Numbered from the whole stretch's first letter, positions 31,823 to 44,478 are shown. The stretch is 62,155 bases of DNA, filler included, from Globobulimina sp. (GCA_003354225.1; 21 parts of 21 records of this genome joined end to end with filler, not necessarily neighbours in it), one strand, 5' to 3'. Made by a program: numbers and translations. Notes: generated by a model not told the origin, from the sequence alone.

Positions 31823-32392
31823 ATGAACTGTAAACAACAGGCAGTGAGCAGAGCGTCGTTGGAGTTTATTGAATCATTGGAAGGCATCAACGAGGCAGTG
31901 TTGACACAAAATGCGAGGTTAAAAGAGCAAGTCCGACAGTTGAAGCAAGAAAATTATCAGTTACGCGATGAATTGATGCTTTATCAATTTAAAGAGGCAC
32001 AAATTGGCCGCGTGCGCTCTGTATCTGTACTGTCGATGGATGTGACTCCGATGAAAAGAGATATGAATCACGTGATTAATGGAATTCGTTTGCATAACAA
32101 ATGCGCAAAAATGCAATTACAAAATGATCCTTTTCAAACTGATATGGATTTGCGATTTCATAATCAACATCAACTTGATTATGAACTGTTGTTTAATGAA
32201 TGTAAACGATTTGAGCTATATCAAACAACACAATCCGTGGCTATCGGAGTACACACAAATCAATCTATTGGTGAGCTTTATGATCATTTGGAACATCTAA
32301 AAGTTCTGTTTGTTTATATTTTGGTGCTGCTCTACTTTTTATATGCACGCATTTGTACAAATTCTATGTCGTTGGTAAATCCGATAAATTAG
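31823..32392 (+). CDS. Hypothetical short coiled-coil protein
   Basis: 189-aa ORF with a heptad segment (LTQNARLKEQVRQLKQENYQLRDEL). The 3' end may run into an intron. Confidence 0.4.
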   Translation: MNCKQQAVSRASLEFIESLEGINEAVLTQNARLKEQVRQLKQENYQLRDELMLYQFKEAQIGRVRSVSVLSMDVTPMKRDMNHVINGIRLHNKCAKMQLQNDPFQTDMDLRFHNQHQLDYELLFNECKRFELYQTTQSVAIGVHTNQSIGELYDHLEHLKVLFVYILVLLYFLYARICTNSMSLVNPIN

Positions 32393-32975
32393 AATTTTGA
32401 TATCGGATATGTTTAATTTATCTGATTTTGAAATGCAATAAAACAAAACAGCAAGAAATGGAAAGTTGTCACAGGAATTTTACTGAGAATAGATGTGAAT
32501 ATAAAAAGATTAAAACAACGTTGANNNNNNNNNNNNNNNNNNNNNNNNNNNNNNNNNNNNNNNNNNNNTTAATTAATTAANNNNNNNNNNNNNNNNNNNN
32601 NNNNNNNNNNNNNNNNNNNNNNNNGTTTGAGTTTTTATCCTCGCACTCTGCTGTGTTGACACTAATAATTGATGGGTGTAATAGCTTTATTCCAGTTTGC
32701 TTTCAGTTGCTTCCAAAGTGCAAGGATAGTTTTCCTAACAATAATTATGTGTTTCTTGCGTTTTTCAAACATCTATTTCAGAATGTTCTAGTTAACGTAT
32801 ATATATTTACAATATTAATTGCCTAATGTTGCAATAGAATCCGTACAAAAAACAAAAAAAACTAACACAATTACAATTCAATAATACAGTATATATGATT
32901 TATGATTTTATGTGAGCACTAAGCTCTATTAATACATTACGTAAATATGTATATGTCAGAAAATACAATGTCAAG

Positions 32976-35488
32976 TTATTCGACATATCCATGTGTGCCC
33001 GCTCCCACTCTCACATCATCCGAATTATTACTATATGGTTTTGCCTTTGTTTGATGTCCATACTCCATGATATTATCCACATCTTCGTCATCTCCCGGCG
33101 CAAAATCATGGTCAATCACTGGTGTCCCTTCATCCATATCACAGTCACTTTCTGTATCAATTTTATTGCCATATCCACGCGTATTACTCCCTGCATTTAT
33201 ATTTACAACGGCCGTAATATCGTCATTTTCATCCATCTCATCATCGCCAATGATATATGACTCCGTTGGTGAGATTACGCGGTGATTCACACCGCTATGT
33301 CCGCCATGATTGATATTGATATTATTCATACTGCTATTTTCTAAATGCAACCTTATATTAATATTATTTGGACCGTCCGTCCCTCCTTTTATTATAATCT
33401 GATCCGTCATAATATCGTTCATCAAATAGCTGTTATGATTTGTCGATGCTATGATTATAAATCACAAATTTATTCACACATTTTTATAGTTGCAAGGCAT
33501 TATTTTTATAGTTGCAGAACTATAAAAAATGTCTGAATAAACACCTAAATTACTCGACGTAGAATGAACTATATTTATATTCGACCCTGAATTGACCCGT
33601 TCCATTTTTTTATTATTTATGATCAAATTATTATTACTGTTCACGTTCATCATTTGTACGTTAGTGACCTGCAATTTATTCGCATTCTGATCCATGATCT
33701 TATTTCGTTTCTTGATCGCAAAAAAACACGCCAAGCAAAACAATGATATCAAAATACCAATCCCCACGAAAAGGAAATTATCCACATCGGCATACTGCGT
33801 AAGTTGGTCATCCTGCCCTTGGTCATCATCATCGAACGTCACCCCACCTCCAGGCCCCACTGTCGTGTCATCATCGGCTTGATGGTCATTGCCATTCTCT
33901 GATGGACCCAAAGTCGGCTCCCCGCCAGGTACCCCAATCCGCAATGTCGGGGCTGGCGTGGTTGGCCTTTCTGTGGGTCTCTTGCTCGGAGGAGATGTTG
34001 GGGCATTGATAGGTGTGCCGGTGGGAGCAGATGAGGGCGCTATGGATGGTGGCGTAGTGGGAGCAAATGATGGTGGCGTCGAGGGCGAATTGCTGGGGAA
34101 AGCAGAAGGGTTCCAGGTAGGCGCAGCTGTGGGTGCAAGGGACGGGTTATTTGTAAGTTGTGTAGGCGTAGATGTTGGCGGCGATGATGGGTCCGAGGGC
34201 GCCGGGGTCGGACTGACAGTGGGCAATGGCGTACAAGTTATGTCGGTCCGGCTGACCGCCACAGCATCGTTGTCAAAATTGATGGACAGTTCGAATTTGA
34301 CATTGAATAGAACGCCACCTAAAGACTGCGGCATGTCGTATGGTCCCATGGCCATTTGTCGCCAGCCGGCACCCGTAGCTGCAGTACACTCGGGAGGAGC
34401 GGCTGAATTAAGCACAGAATCGCCGGTATATGCAGTTCCATCCGTTTTTTGTATGGCTGTGGTTGATTGGAGGATATTGTTCAAATAAAATTTGACATAA
34501 TCGGTGCTGCTCTCAGTCTCACAGAAATAGATGTAAAAAGCGACGGAAACGGCTGAATCTTGCACACAGTAAAAGGTCTGAGATATGCTGTAGGTTTGCT
34601 GCGAACTGCTGTTGGTGTCACCGATGTAGGGACCGTGATAAGTTAAGCCGCTGTCTGAGCTCTGTGTGATGTGTATACCGGGAATGGCCAAAGGCGAGAA
34701 ACTCACTAACCAGCCGGTAGGCGGAGCTAAGCCATAATCATCGGGCCAGATGCCTGGCGATATGGCTCTGTAAATTAATGGCGACGGCGTAGGTGATGGA
34801 GTGGGCGACGGTGTAGGAGATGGAGTGGGCGAGTTAGTGGGTGATGCTTAGGCATATTATTAATGTGTTTGTATATGTTAAAATTAAATATTCGTTTTTG
34901 CATAGGAGTGACTATTAATATACAGCGGAAACGAATGTTTAATTTTGAGATCAAATAGTTTTGGCCATGTAATAAAAATATATATATATATATAAATAGT
35001 TTACGTGTCATTGGAACTCCCTCGAATAATAAATCTGAAATATAACAACAATCATTGTCACCATTCATTGCTAATATCATGATACCGACGTTGCTGTTAT
35101 CCCATGTTTCTGGGGGAAGAGACACCGTTTTATCAACAAATCGATCTGTATCTGTTGCCATGAAAAATTCAGTAAAAGAACCAAAAGATCTATCACCGTT
35201 GATACTATATCGTAAAGTACATTCTTCGCCATTAGAACTCATAGAATTGGGCTCAAGATCGAATGTTAATTTTATATTCTTCAAATTGGTGGTTGGTGCT
35301 CTTCTGTAGATATATGCGTCTTCGTTATTAGTGCTTTGACCGCAAACTGCCCAACAATCATTATTGTCGGGGCAACTGTTGTCGTTGGTTTTTTGACTGG
35401 GTCTGTTATCTGCCACAATGGTCCAATCTGAGGTACCTTCACCATTCATTGGAGCAGACCATATGATGTAGGCATCGGCCAATGGATG
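32976..35488 (-). CDS. Mucin-like single-pass surface protein with Pro/Thr/Ser stalks (three exons, 5' partial)
   Basis: Three ORFs join in frame through introns at 35004-34847 and about 33544-33449. PTxxP repeats, TM helix FLFVGIGILISLFCLACFFAI, and an acidic tail. Confidence 0.8.
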
Positions 35489-35588
35489 NNNNNNNNNNNN
35501 NNNNNNNNNNNNNNNNNNNNNNNNNNNNNNNNTTAATTAATTAANNNNNNNNNNNNNNNNNNNNNNNNNNNNNNNNNNNNNNNNNNNN

Positions 35589-36410
35589 CGCGTGGTCTCT
35601 GGTCTCGCCTTGGAATCCCTAACTAGCAAAATCATGCATTGGAGCCAGCTTAATCCCAACACCAAAGCCTTGGTTTACAATTCCATTTATTATATCCATC
35701 AAAATATACGCAATGGATATATCAAAAAATCAGATTGGATCATCCTTCCGCTTTCCATCATAAATGACTTGAAATTCTGGTTGAAATACGCATATTATAT
35801 TCGTTCGGTTCCTATACTTAATTTGATTAAGAAGCCGTCCATTAATATCTATGCGGCCACAGATGCCTGCAATATTGGCGCAGGTTTTGTTGTTGATTCT
35901 GTTTATGCGAAATATGCATTTACAGATCAACATTTACATTGGAAAATACATCAAAAGGAGGCTCACTGTGTCTTAACTTTAATTGAAACATATAAGCATC
36001 TCCTTACTGGCAAGTCTGTCCATTTATATATTGATAATTCCATTTGTTTCTATGCAATGACCAGGAAATGGTCCGGTCGTTACTCTGTAATGATGTTTAT
36101 TTATGAGCTTTGCCTTCAGTTAATCAAATATAAAATATATATGTTTTTTGAATGGATTCCATCCGAATTTAATGATTTTGCCGACTTATTATCTCGATTT
36201 GATATGGATGCTTTTCATCGACTATCTAATAAATTTAACGTCCAGCTCTCTGAGATTTCACCTATATATTTTTCAGATTTTATATTTATGGAATCAAAAA
36301 CTAAATTCCATCAACGCGATATGGTTGAATATAAGCAATTTATTAACTGGTTAAAATTGCCCAAATATCAACGTCAGCGATCGCCATATCCCTTTTATAT
36401 GAACTATTGA
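35589..36410 (+). CDS. RT C-terminus plus RNase H (DIRS1-type), 5' partial
   Basis: Motifs DLKFW, ATDACNIGAG, IHQKEA, LYIDNS and WIPSEFNDFADLLSR, containing the D-E-D-D catalytic set. Confidence 0.88.
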   Translation, partial: RVVSGLALESLTSKIMHWSQLNPNTKALVYNSIYYIHQNIRNGYIKKSDWIILPLSIINDLKFWLKYAYYIRSVPILNLIKKPSINIYAATDACNIGAGFVVDSVYAKYAFTDQHLHWKIHQKEAHCVLTLIETYKHLLTGKSVHLYIDNSICFYAMTRKWSGRYSVMMFIYELCLQLIKYKIYMFFEWIPSEFNDFADLLSRFDMDAFHRLSNKFNVQLSEISPIYFSDFIFMESKTKFHQRDMVEYKQFINWLKLPKYQRQRSPYPFYMNY

Positions 36411-36812
36411 TCTGCTTCCACCAATTTACAGTCACTCCAACTGCAACCGCTTCCTACCCTTTCCTTCCTACATTTACAAACCAACTTACTCAAAAACTTA
36501 GCTCTTTTCTGAGTTTATTTTCACAAACTGTGTTTACAATTTATTGTCTTATACTACCTTTTGTAGCATCTACATTGACCGAAACTTATCTTCAATCTGC
36601 ACAATTTGCAGAAACGATAAGCCGTCAACAAACTTCAAAATCAGTTCCTTTCCCTTTTTGTATGCATAATTTGGGACAAGTAAAACTTGTTTGTCTTCTC
36701 CCTGTCTTTAACTCTCCTTAAATTTTGTTTGAATTGAGGAAATACTGATTGCACTTTCTTTACAAAGTGTTTCTCAAATTTTGTATACAATTTTTGTACA
36801 TTTTCAGATTAT

Positions 36813-38039
36813 ATGTGTCAACGTTTAAATGATAATCGTATGGCCAAGAAAGACGCAAGAAATGCTAAACATATCAACAAAGTAATTTTATCAAACAAAG
36901 AATTATCTACGAAGGAGCACTATGTCTCAAGTTTAAGACATTTTGCCACATATTGCATATTGATGGATGAGGATCCTTTCCATATGCCCCTTGATCCTTT
37001 GGTCGCTATGTATTGGATTTCCGAGCGAACTTTGCAAGCAGGCAATATTAAATCCATTTGTACGTGGCAGTCCACTCTGTCTTGGATCTGCGAATTAAAG
37101 GGATATCCTCCCACTTATCGGTCCAATAGCGATTACTCCCGTTTTAAGAAAGATCTTCGCAAACAATATGCTGAAGAATCTGACTCTCGTCTTCCGTTCC
37201 AATTGCATCAAATTATTGCATATACTAAGCACTATCGTGCTTATTCCAAGAATGTCCTCTCCATCAATATCAATAATTTATTACATGTACTATTGGCACA
37301 ATTGTACTTTTGCACAATGCCTCGTCCCGGTGAGCTCTTACCGGGGGTTCGTACCTTCAATCGTTTCGGTCTCCGATACCGTGATATTCAACTTATCAAA
37401 GAGCATACCACAAATCGCAATGAATATTACTTTGTATTATCCATCAAATCCTTCAAAAATCAAAAATCCAAACGCGTTTATAAGGAAATTTACGTTGGTT
37501 CCTCGAAATGTAACCATCGATATATTCCCAGTACTCACACCATTTGCCCCTGTACCTATATCAATCCTTATCTTTTATTATCGGTCTATCTCGACCGTTG
37601 TAAACAAATGCATTTGGATACTTCCAATCGTTTCCGAATCAATTCCAATAACTTTGTCTTTCGTTACTCCAATGGTTCCCCAGTTACCACTGCCAATCTG
37701 TCCAAGATCGCAAAGAAAATTGCCATTGTCTCTGCAGTCCCAAAGCGTGATCTTTCCCGTTTCACCGCTTATTCCTTCCGTATCGGCGGAGCCACCCTCT
37801 CCGATATGCAGTTAATTCCACAGCCAAAATTGTTAAAATTTGTGGGCTGGAAACCATCCAATTTGCCTCACGTCTCCTATCGATATATCCGTTATAATGA
37901 GGATGATTTTCGTATCTTTATCTTTGAATTGCTCCATGGTTCTGTTACCAAACGAAATTCCCCGCCATTAACCACTTTCCATATTACTTCTGCTGTTATT
38001 GATCCATGGCATACTGATTATAAATATGACTTTCTTTAG
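36813..38039 (+). CDS. Tyrosine recombinase (integrase)
   Basis: N-terminal core-binding helices, then MPRPGEL (R), KSFKN (K), YSFRIGGAT (HxxR-like), VGW and YRY (catalytic Y). Confidence 0.88.
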   Translation: MCQRLNDNRMAKKDARNAKHINKVILSNKELSTKEHYVSSLRHFATYCILMDEDPFHMPLDPLVAMYWISERTLQAGNIKSICTWQSTLSWICELKGYPPTYRSNSDYSRFKKDLRKQYAEESDSRLPFQLHQIIAYTKHYRAYSKNVLSININNLLHVLLAQLYFCTMPRPGELLPGVRTFNRFGLRYRDIQLIKEHTTNRNEYYFVLSIKSFKNQKSKRVYKEIYVGSSKCNHRYIPSTHTICPCTYINPYLLLSVYLDRCKQMHLDTSNRFRINSNNFVFRYSNGSPVTTANLSKIAKKIAIVSAVPKRDLSRFTAYSFRIGGATLSDMQLIPQPKLLKFVGWKPSNLPHVSYRYIRYNEDDFRIFIFELLHGSVTKRNSPPLTTFHITSAVIDPWHTDYKYDFL

Positions 38040-38552
38040 CTTCCATTCTTTTCGGTAAAGTCACTTTGAGTGCTCAAGCTTTTTCCTTTTTACATTTTTA
38101 CCAAAGCAAAAACGCTTTCCCTTCTTTCCATATTCTTTCAATTTCCTCTTCGTCTCTGCATTCCTTCATTTTAAATGTTTCTTTGCGGCCACGAAAATTT
38201 TTAAAACAGCAAATTGAGCCTTACGGGATATGGGGTTTATATATGTTATTATTGTTTGTAATTTGTTGTTTACTGTCAACAAAATAACAATCAATCCAAA
38301 AATAATTTAATTTAAATTATACAATTATTTCTCCCGTTAGCTCGTAAAAAATAAAAAGTATTCACACTTGCAAGAACTTGAAATAAAAAAAAGCATCTCA
38401 ATCGGTGCTTATCTGGATCATCACCAAAAATTGAATATAAATCATGATCCTGNNNNNNNNNNNNNNNNNNNNNNNNNNNNNNNNNNNNNNNNNNNNTTAA
38501 TTAATTAANNNNNNNNNNNNNNNNNNNNNNNNNNNNNNNNNNNNNNNNNNNN

Positions 38553-41415
38553 TATAGATATCCTTCAGGTATTCTTTATGTTGTACTGTATACATTAATA
38601 CTTCTCTACTGACAATAATTTCTTCGATCACTTGTTTCAGCCATTGTTTTGACACAGGGTTCATTGGGGATTCCACAGCTTCTGCCATGATAGTACCTTT
38701 CGGCACCACAACAGTTGCAGTTCTGTGTGTATTGCGCAGACGTACAAAGACTTTATTTCCAGAGCGTACATCGCAGTATGTCGGTACCACCTGTACTCCA
38801 ACTCGTTCAATTGAGTCTCCTAGATACAAGTCTGTTGGTCTCGGCATGTCATCAGCACAGATAAGCTTGGCTTCAACCCAGTCCAAATTCTGTATCAGCA
38901 CTAAACCTGCCCTTTCAGTTGATGTTGGCAACCCTTCCGTTTCGTCTAATACTGGTACCAAGTGTTCTCTACCAAACAAAACCTTTGGTTTGTGCAAATT
39001 CCAGAAATCCTCCAATTCTGTCGACAGTTCATTCAACCGTGCCATTTCAGGTTCATATCCCTCTCTTTCTGTTCTTTCTCTTGTCGATCGTCTTTGTTCC
39101 CTTCCTTGGGATTGATGGTATAACCATTCATTGACATTTTCTTGAGTCATGTCATCCATCTGCGTTGAAGTGTCCATCAACCGGCCTTCCAAGTTCTGTT
39201 CTTTCTTCTGTTGGCCACTCATTTCCTGTTGTAAACAACCAATAGTTTGTGGTCTCACTACTACTGGTTCTTGATGTTCTTTTGATTGGTCAGTTCTTGT
39301 TGTCGCGACCATTACTGTAGCCTTCTGTTTTTGATCTAAAAAGAAAGTTTGGGGCGGCAATAAACAAGATATGGTCAGATCGTCTTGTACCGGCATTACA
39401 TATGTCACAGGTACTGCCATATACATTCCTTCTCTAGTATATCCCTGAAGGTACTGAGAATATTTTGCCATGTGAACATTGTATATTGCTTTATTCTGCT
39501 TCATTTTGTCAACTGGACTATTGGGTTTTGTTGGATTTGGAAAGTCTCGAATAAAATGGCCTGGAAATTCACATTTCAAACATAGACCCTCCATATCTTG
39601 CCTTTCAGTTCCATAACATCGTTTCCTTCCAAGTGAATCGCCTGGTCTCAATGACGCTTTATGTGACATATCCATACCTTCAATTCGTCGACTGTCTGGT
39701 GGTTTCTCATCCATCATTGCACAACACAATAAATAATTAACTAGTTGTTTCCTTCTCTCTGCATACTCTTCATGTCCCACCAAATCGATGCCCAAAGTAT
39801 CCAATTGATGTATTGTTACGCTTCCAGATATCAACAGCTTGTTAAATAATTCACTGTTCCATTCCGTCTTTACCAAAAAAGTTCTCCATACTAAATCATC
39901 TAGTGTAATATGTGTCATTTGTGTCGCCGCTTCATTCACAAACACTGGTGTACTGTCAGGAATTACATATTTATTGATTATATCAAGTGTTGGTATACAA
40001 AGTGGAATATGCACTGTACTTTTATTCAATACTTCAACACATGAATCAAAGAAACATTTAGAAGGGACATATGGTTTATCAGAACTAGGAACACATGGGC
40101 CAGCCGTTAGGCATGGTCTGTATGATCTATTAACAGAATTGCTAACACTTGGGTCGGCCGTTAAACATGGCCTATAAAATACATTAACAGACTCACCAGC
40201 AATAGGGTCAGCCTTTAGGCATGGCCCATCAGGTACATTAACAGACTCTTCTGACCGGTTATTCCTATCAGTAAGACCAAAAATTTGATCGACAGCTCCT
40301 AAATAGTCACATAAATTCTCAAAAGACAGTTCTTGTTTTCGGTCCATTCTAAATACAAACCAATCCATCATTCTGTCATAATAATATGGTTGCAATCTTC
40401 CTTCCTCTCGTAACAACAATAATAGCTCCTTGTCGTGGTCAGTTGTGACTATATGATTTTTAATAACATTATATTTACTCTTTAGTTGACTCAAATAATC
40501 AATAATAGGTTGGTTAACTGCCTGTCTGTATTGTTGTACCATTACTTGTGTAGTTTTTGTCTGTAAATGTTGTATTACCTGTTGTTGTGTTGTTTGTGTA
40601 CTTGCTGTAGTTTCTTCTAGCATCGTTCGTCGTTGTTCCATTTCTGCCTGTTGTTGTTTCTCTTCTTCATCTGGTACAGCTGCCAATATTGGTTTCATGT
40701 CTTTCACTGTGCAACCTTGTTCATTCCGGTAAGCACCATGTCCCCCTTTCTTTCGATACCCCATTTCCATATGCAAGTTCCAAATAGTTCCATGCAGGTT
40801 AGCTTTCTCCTTTTTATAATCACTTTCCTGTTGTTTTCTCTTTACAGTTTCTTTATGTACATACTTCATGGTGTTTGTAGCTTTATCCTCCGTTTCGGCC
40901 ATATTCTTTTCCAATTCCCGTTTATTATCCTTTCCTTCCTGTTTCTCCTTGGCCCCTTTGTTAATTTCTTGTCCATCCAATCTCATTTGATGTTCAAATT
41001 CGGCTATCTTGGCTGCATCGAAATCTTTCTCTGTTTGCATATTGTATATTTGTTCTTGTAACTCTACTTGTGCCTCTACATTTTGTTCTAACTGTAATGT
41101 AAGGTCTTCTGTATGTTGCATTGTTGTTTCACATAATGGGTAAACTGTCTGTGTTACATTTGTAATATCATTGTACTGCCCAGGGTTATCAACATGACTC
41201 ATTACTTGATTTACCAAACCCTCAACAAGTTGACACACTTCAGGGATTACTGTAGTACTGTGTATGGTATTATCAACACTAATACAATCACTTACCTTCA
41301 GATGTGAACTTGTCGAAGGTATGTCATGTGTTAGCATACTTGAGCGTCGAATTAGCATGTTTGAATGTTCAGGAAACAATGTCTCAGAGGGCAAAGCAGT
41401 GATAACACCTTCGCC
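38553..41415 (-). mobile_element. LTR-retrotransposon Gag-like polyprotein region (partial at both ends)
   Basis: Intronless frame of about 950 aa with a coiled coil, a degenerate knuckle CLKCEFPGHFIRDFP, and VFVRLRNTHRTATVVVPKGTIMAEA, resembling the segment before RT in Ty3/Gypsy polyproteins. No RT or integrase is in view. Confidence 0.55.
40097..40248. repeat. 54-bp (18-aa) coding tandem repeat, three copies
   Basis: Units start at 40097, 40151 and 40205 and encode SVNxxxxPCLxAxP. Confidence 0.85.
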
Positions 41416-41515
41416 NNNNNNNNNNNNNNNNNNNNNNNNNNNNNNNNNNNNNNNNNNNNTTAATTAATTAANNNNNNNNNNNNNNNNNNNNNNNNNNNNN
41501 NNNNNNNNNNNNNNN

Positions 41516-41991
41516 TTTCACTAACATATCAATCAGTAAACTCAGACAACTGACTGCTTTCCGTAACACATCTGTTGGATCAGCATTGTGCTGCTTATAC
41601 GCCGGATTTATTTTCAATCCGCCTGGATATCCTAAGAAATGAATAAGTGTTTTTAGTTATTTTCAATTCGTTTTCGTGTTTTTATACAGTACCTGAATGA
41701 TGGAAATATTTTTTGCGCCGCCATTTATTCTCTCCACGGAACTGAATGTATCGGGCATTGATAACAACGCAATAATCGCCATTCATTTGGGATGGTTCAT
41801 AATTTGGTTTGTGTTTTCCTTGAATGTATCTTACCAAATTACTGGCCAATTTGCCAACACTCTGTGCATGCATTTGTTGATTGTTTATTTTGGCAAAGAA
41901 TTGTTTTTATAAATGTTCCCTAAACAACACCGGTCGCATCAAATAATCTCCACGATGGAACGACGTAGTGTCTGCCATAAGGGCCTAGCAT
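41516..41991 (-). CDS. MRPL13: Mitochondrial (bacterial-type) ribosomal protein uL13, with introns, 3' partial
   Basis: Spliced reading WRLFDATG...GKLAS...GKHKPNYEP...GDYCVVINA...YFHHSGYPGGLK, with two short GT-AG introns. Confidence 0.9.
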
Positions 41992-42042
41992 TATTTTCCA
42001 GAAATAGTTTTGTTTCAAACTGAAGTGCTTAAACTTTGAACA

Positions 42043-43110
42043 ATGAAACAATCATCATTTAACAGGCAAATTGTGAATGACTTGGTCTCATTTGGTTTAT
42101 GCAGTGAAGAGGAATGTATTTTGGCTTCGAATTTATCCACTGATCACAATGATATTTATCAAGTAGTTATCAATATAAATCTTTTAAAACAATTAATATC
42201 TGTTATATATAATCGCAAAAATATCAACAAAAAAAAAGCAAATCCATTATTACATCTGCAATGTTCATGTCACAGAGAGTTTGAACCAGCACAGCATGAT
42301 CTGAACATTATTTACGATATACTCTGCGATTTAAATATTTCAAACAAAGCAACACAACATTTTATTATAAAAACAGTGCAAAATTCATGTTTATTTCTGC
42401 CATTATCTATTTGCGATATAATTGTTAACTACATATATTTGACAGATAGTTGGATCGAAACATATTTAGTAAACAATGAGTATGATATTATTGATGAAAA
42501 GATTAAAAATGAAAATAATATAAATATAAATAAAATAAATCACCGTCACATAAATCGTTGCAGTTTTGCTTTATTAGAAGCAGTGCGAAAATGTAATGAT
42601 AATGATATTGATATTCTCCTTTCTCATTCAAGAACAAATATAAATCTTCGATATGATATCATGAGGAATTGGAATATATCGCATGTGTGTCCAGCACAAT
42701 ATATTCAATCATTTCATAAAAAGGGATTAGATATAAATCAACAGGATTTTCATGGAAATACAGCGCTGCATAATGCCATCGGAGGTGAATTTGCAATTGA
42801 ACGCGTAGTTGCATTTTTAAATTGCGATTCTGTGAATATTGATATTAAAAACAATTATGGCTCCAAACCAGTGGATATAGCAAAGGAATATTTGAATAAC
42901 GAGTGGAGAGAGAAGAAATTTAAAGAAAAAATGGTTCAAATAATAAATTTGTTATCTAAACGAAAGATTTGTCAAAAATCTCGTCGACCATCCACGACAT
43001 TTTGCAGTGGATGTAAATGTGTTTGGTATTGCTCAGAACAATGTCAAACCTGGCATTGGAAGAAAATACATAGAAAAAATTGTAAAAAAATGGTGTCAAT
43101 TGCTTACTAA
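42043..43110 (+). CDS. Ankyrin-repeat and MYND-finger protein
   Basis: Ankyrin motifs DINQQDFHGNTALHNA and KNNYGSKPVDIA; MYND CSGCKCVWYCSEQCQTWHWKKIHRKNC, with the first Cys apparently lost. Confidence 0.85.
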   Translation: MKQSSFNRQIVNDLVSFGLCSEEECILASNLSTDHNDIYQVVININLLKQLISVIYNRKNINKKKANPLLHLQCSCHREFEPAQHDLNIIYDILCDLNISNKATQHFIIKTVQNSCLFLPLSICDIIVNYIYLTDSWIETYLVNNEYDIIDEKIKNENNININKINHRHINRCSFALLEAVRKCNDNDIDILLSHSRTNINLRYDIMRNWNISHVCPAQYIQSFHKKGLDINQQDFHGNTALHNAIGGEFAIERVVAFLNCDSVNIDIKNNYGSKPVDIAKEYLNNEWREKKFKEKMVQIINLLSKRKICQKSRRPSTTFCSGCKCVWYCSEQCQTWHWKKIHRKNCKKMVSIAY

Positions 43111-43181
43111 ATATGTTTCGATCATTCAAAGTCAGATTTAATAAGCTAGAAAAAACTTTTTGGTAATAACATTAAAACAAC

Positions 43182-44378
43182 ATGTCTTTGGAAGTAAACA
43201 AACAAAACCACATTCAAAAATTAATTATCATACTTGGTACAACAGCAGTTGGCAAAACCAAATTATCTGTTGGACTGGCAAAGGAATTGTCAAAATACCT
43301 CTGCACAAATAACAAACAAAACGATGAAAACAACAACTCCGAACACCATGATCAGGTAGAAATAATCAGTGCAGATTCCGTGCAAATTTACAAAGGAATG
43401 GAGATTTGTTCTGATGCAATCACTCCAGGTTTGTACTTATTTATCATTAGAAAATGCCATCGAAATTAATTCTAAAAACACATGCAAAAAAGAGGAAGCT
43501 CACGGCGTTAAACATCATTTAGTTGGCGTTCTATCACCAAATCAAACATATACTGTACAAGACTTTGTTTGTTGTGCATCAAATATTATTCACGACATAC
43601 ACAAAAGAAATAAAATCCCGATGATTGCTGGTGGGACATTATATTATTCGGAATCGCTATTATTCAAAACTGTTTGTAGTGAAAACGCAATGAAATTAAA
43701 TAATAAAAACAATAATAAAATCAACATTGATATTCAGCAAAAACTGAATAAAATCGCAGACAATGAATTGTGGAATGAATTGAATGAAATTGACCAAATT
43801 ATGGCTAATTTCTATCATAAAAATGATCATCGTCGAATTCGACGGAGTTTGGAGGTTTTTTATGAAACCGGCGAATGTCATAGCAAATTAATTGGCGAAT
43901 ATGGTGGGAAATGGAGTGATTTGAGATATGATCCATTGATTATTTGGTTAGATGCTGATATAAATATTATTGATCAGCGGATTAACAAACGATTAACGAC
44001 CATGGAACAGAAAGGAATATTTGAAGAAATGGAAGATTTGTATGAATATTTTATAAAAGAATACAATTACAATGCATTGGAGCCATTGGCACAGAATAAG
44101 GATAATTATATCTCCATTTCGCATGGTTTTGGATTCCAAGCATTTATATCATGGCTAAAAGCAAAGTATAAAGATAAAATTAGTGATACATTGCGAATTA
44201 ATCAAATAAAACAAGAATGTATCAATAAATATGGTATTGATACAAGGAAATATGCGCGGAAACAAAAAAGATGGCTAAAAAATAGGATATCGAGGCCAGC
44301 ATTGTTATTACCGATATATAGGTTTGATACATCGGAGTGTTCGGAGAAGAATAAATGGAATGAAAATGTGTTACAACC
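43182..44378 (+). CDS. TRIT1: tRNA dimethylallyltransferase (MiaA/Mod5/TRIT1 family), 3' partial
   Basis: Motifs GTTAVGKT, EIISADSVQIY, VKHHL, GGTLYY, RRIRRSLE and TRKYARKQKRW; intron at 43429-43492. Confidence 0.92.
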
Positions 44379-44478
44379 NNNNNNNNNNNNNNNNNNNNNN
44401 NNNNNNNNNNNNNNNNNNNNNNTTAATTAATTAANNNNNNNNNNNNNNNNNNNNNNNNNNNNNNNNNNNNNNNNNNNN

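Larger units (their letters stand above)
35589..38039 (+). mobile_element. Tyrosine-recombinase retrotransposon (DIRS/Ngaro-like), 3' part
   Basis: A DIRS-type RNase H ORF is followed on the same strand by a tyrosine recombinase ORF. Confidence 0.88.

Noticed and set aside
37168-37815. 215-aa ORF overlapping the tyrosine recombinase in another frame
   Set aside because: Ser/Pro/Ile-rich translation explained by the pyrimidine bias of the recombinase codons; no domain signal.
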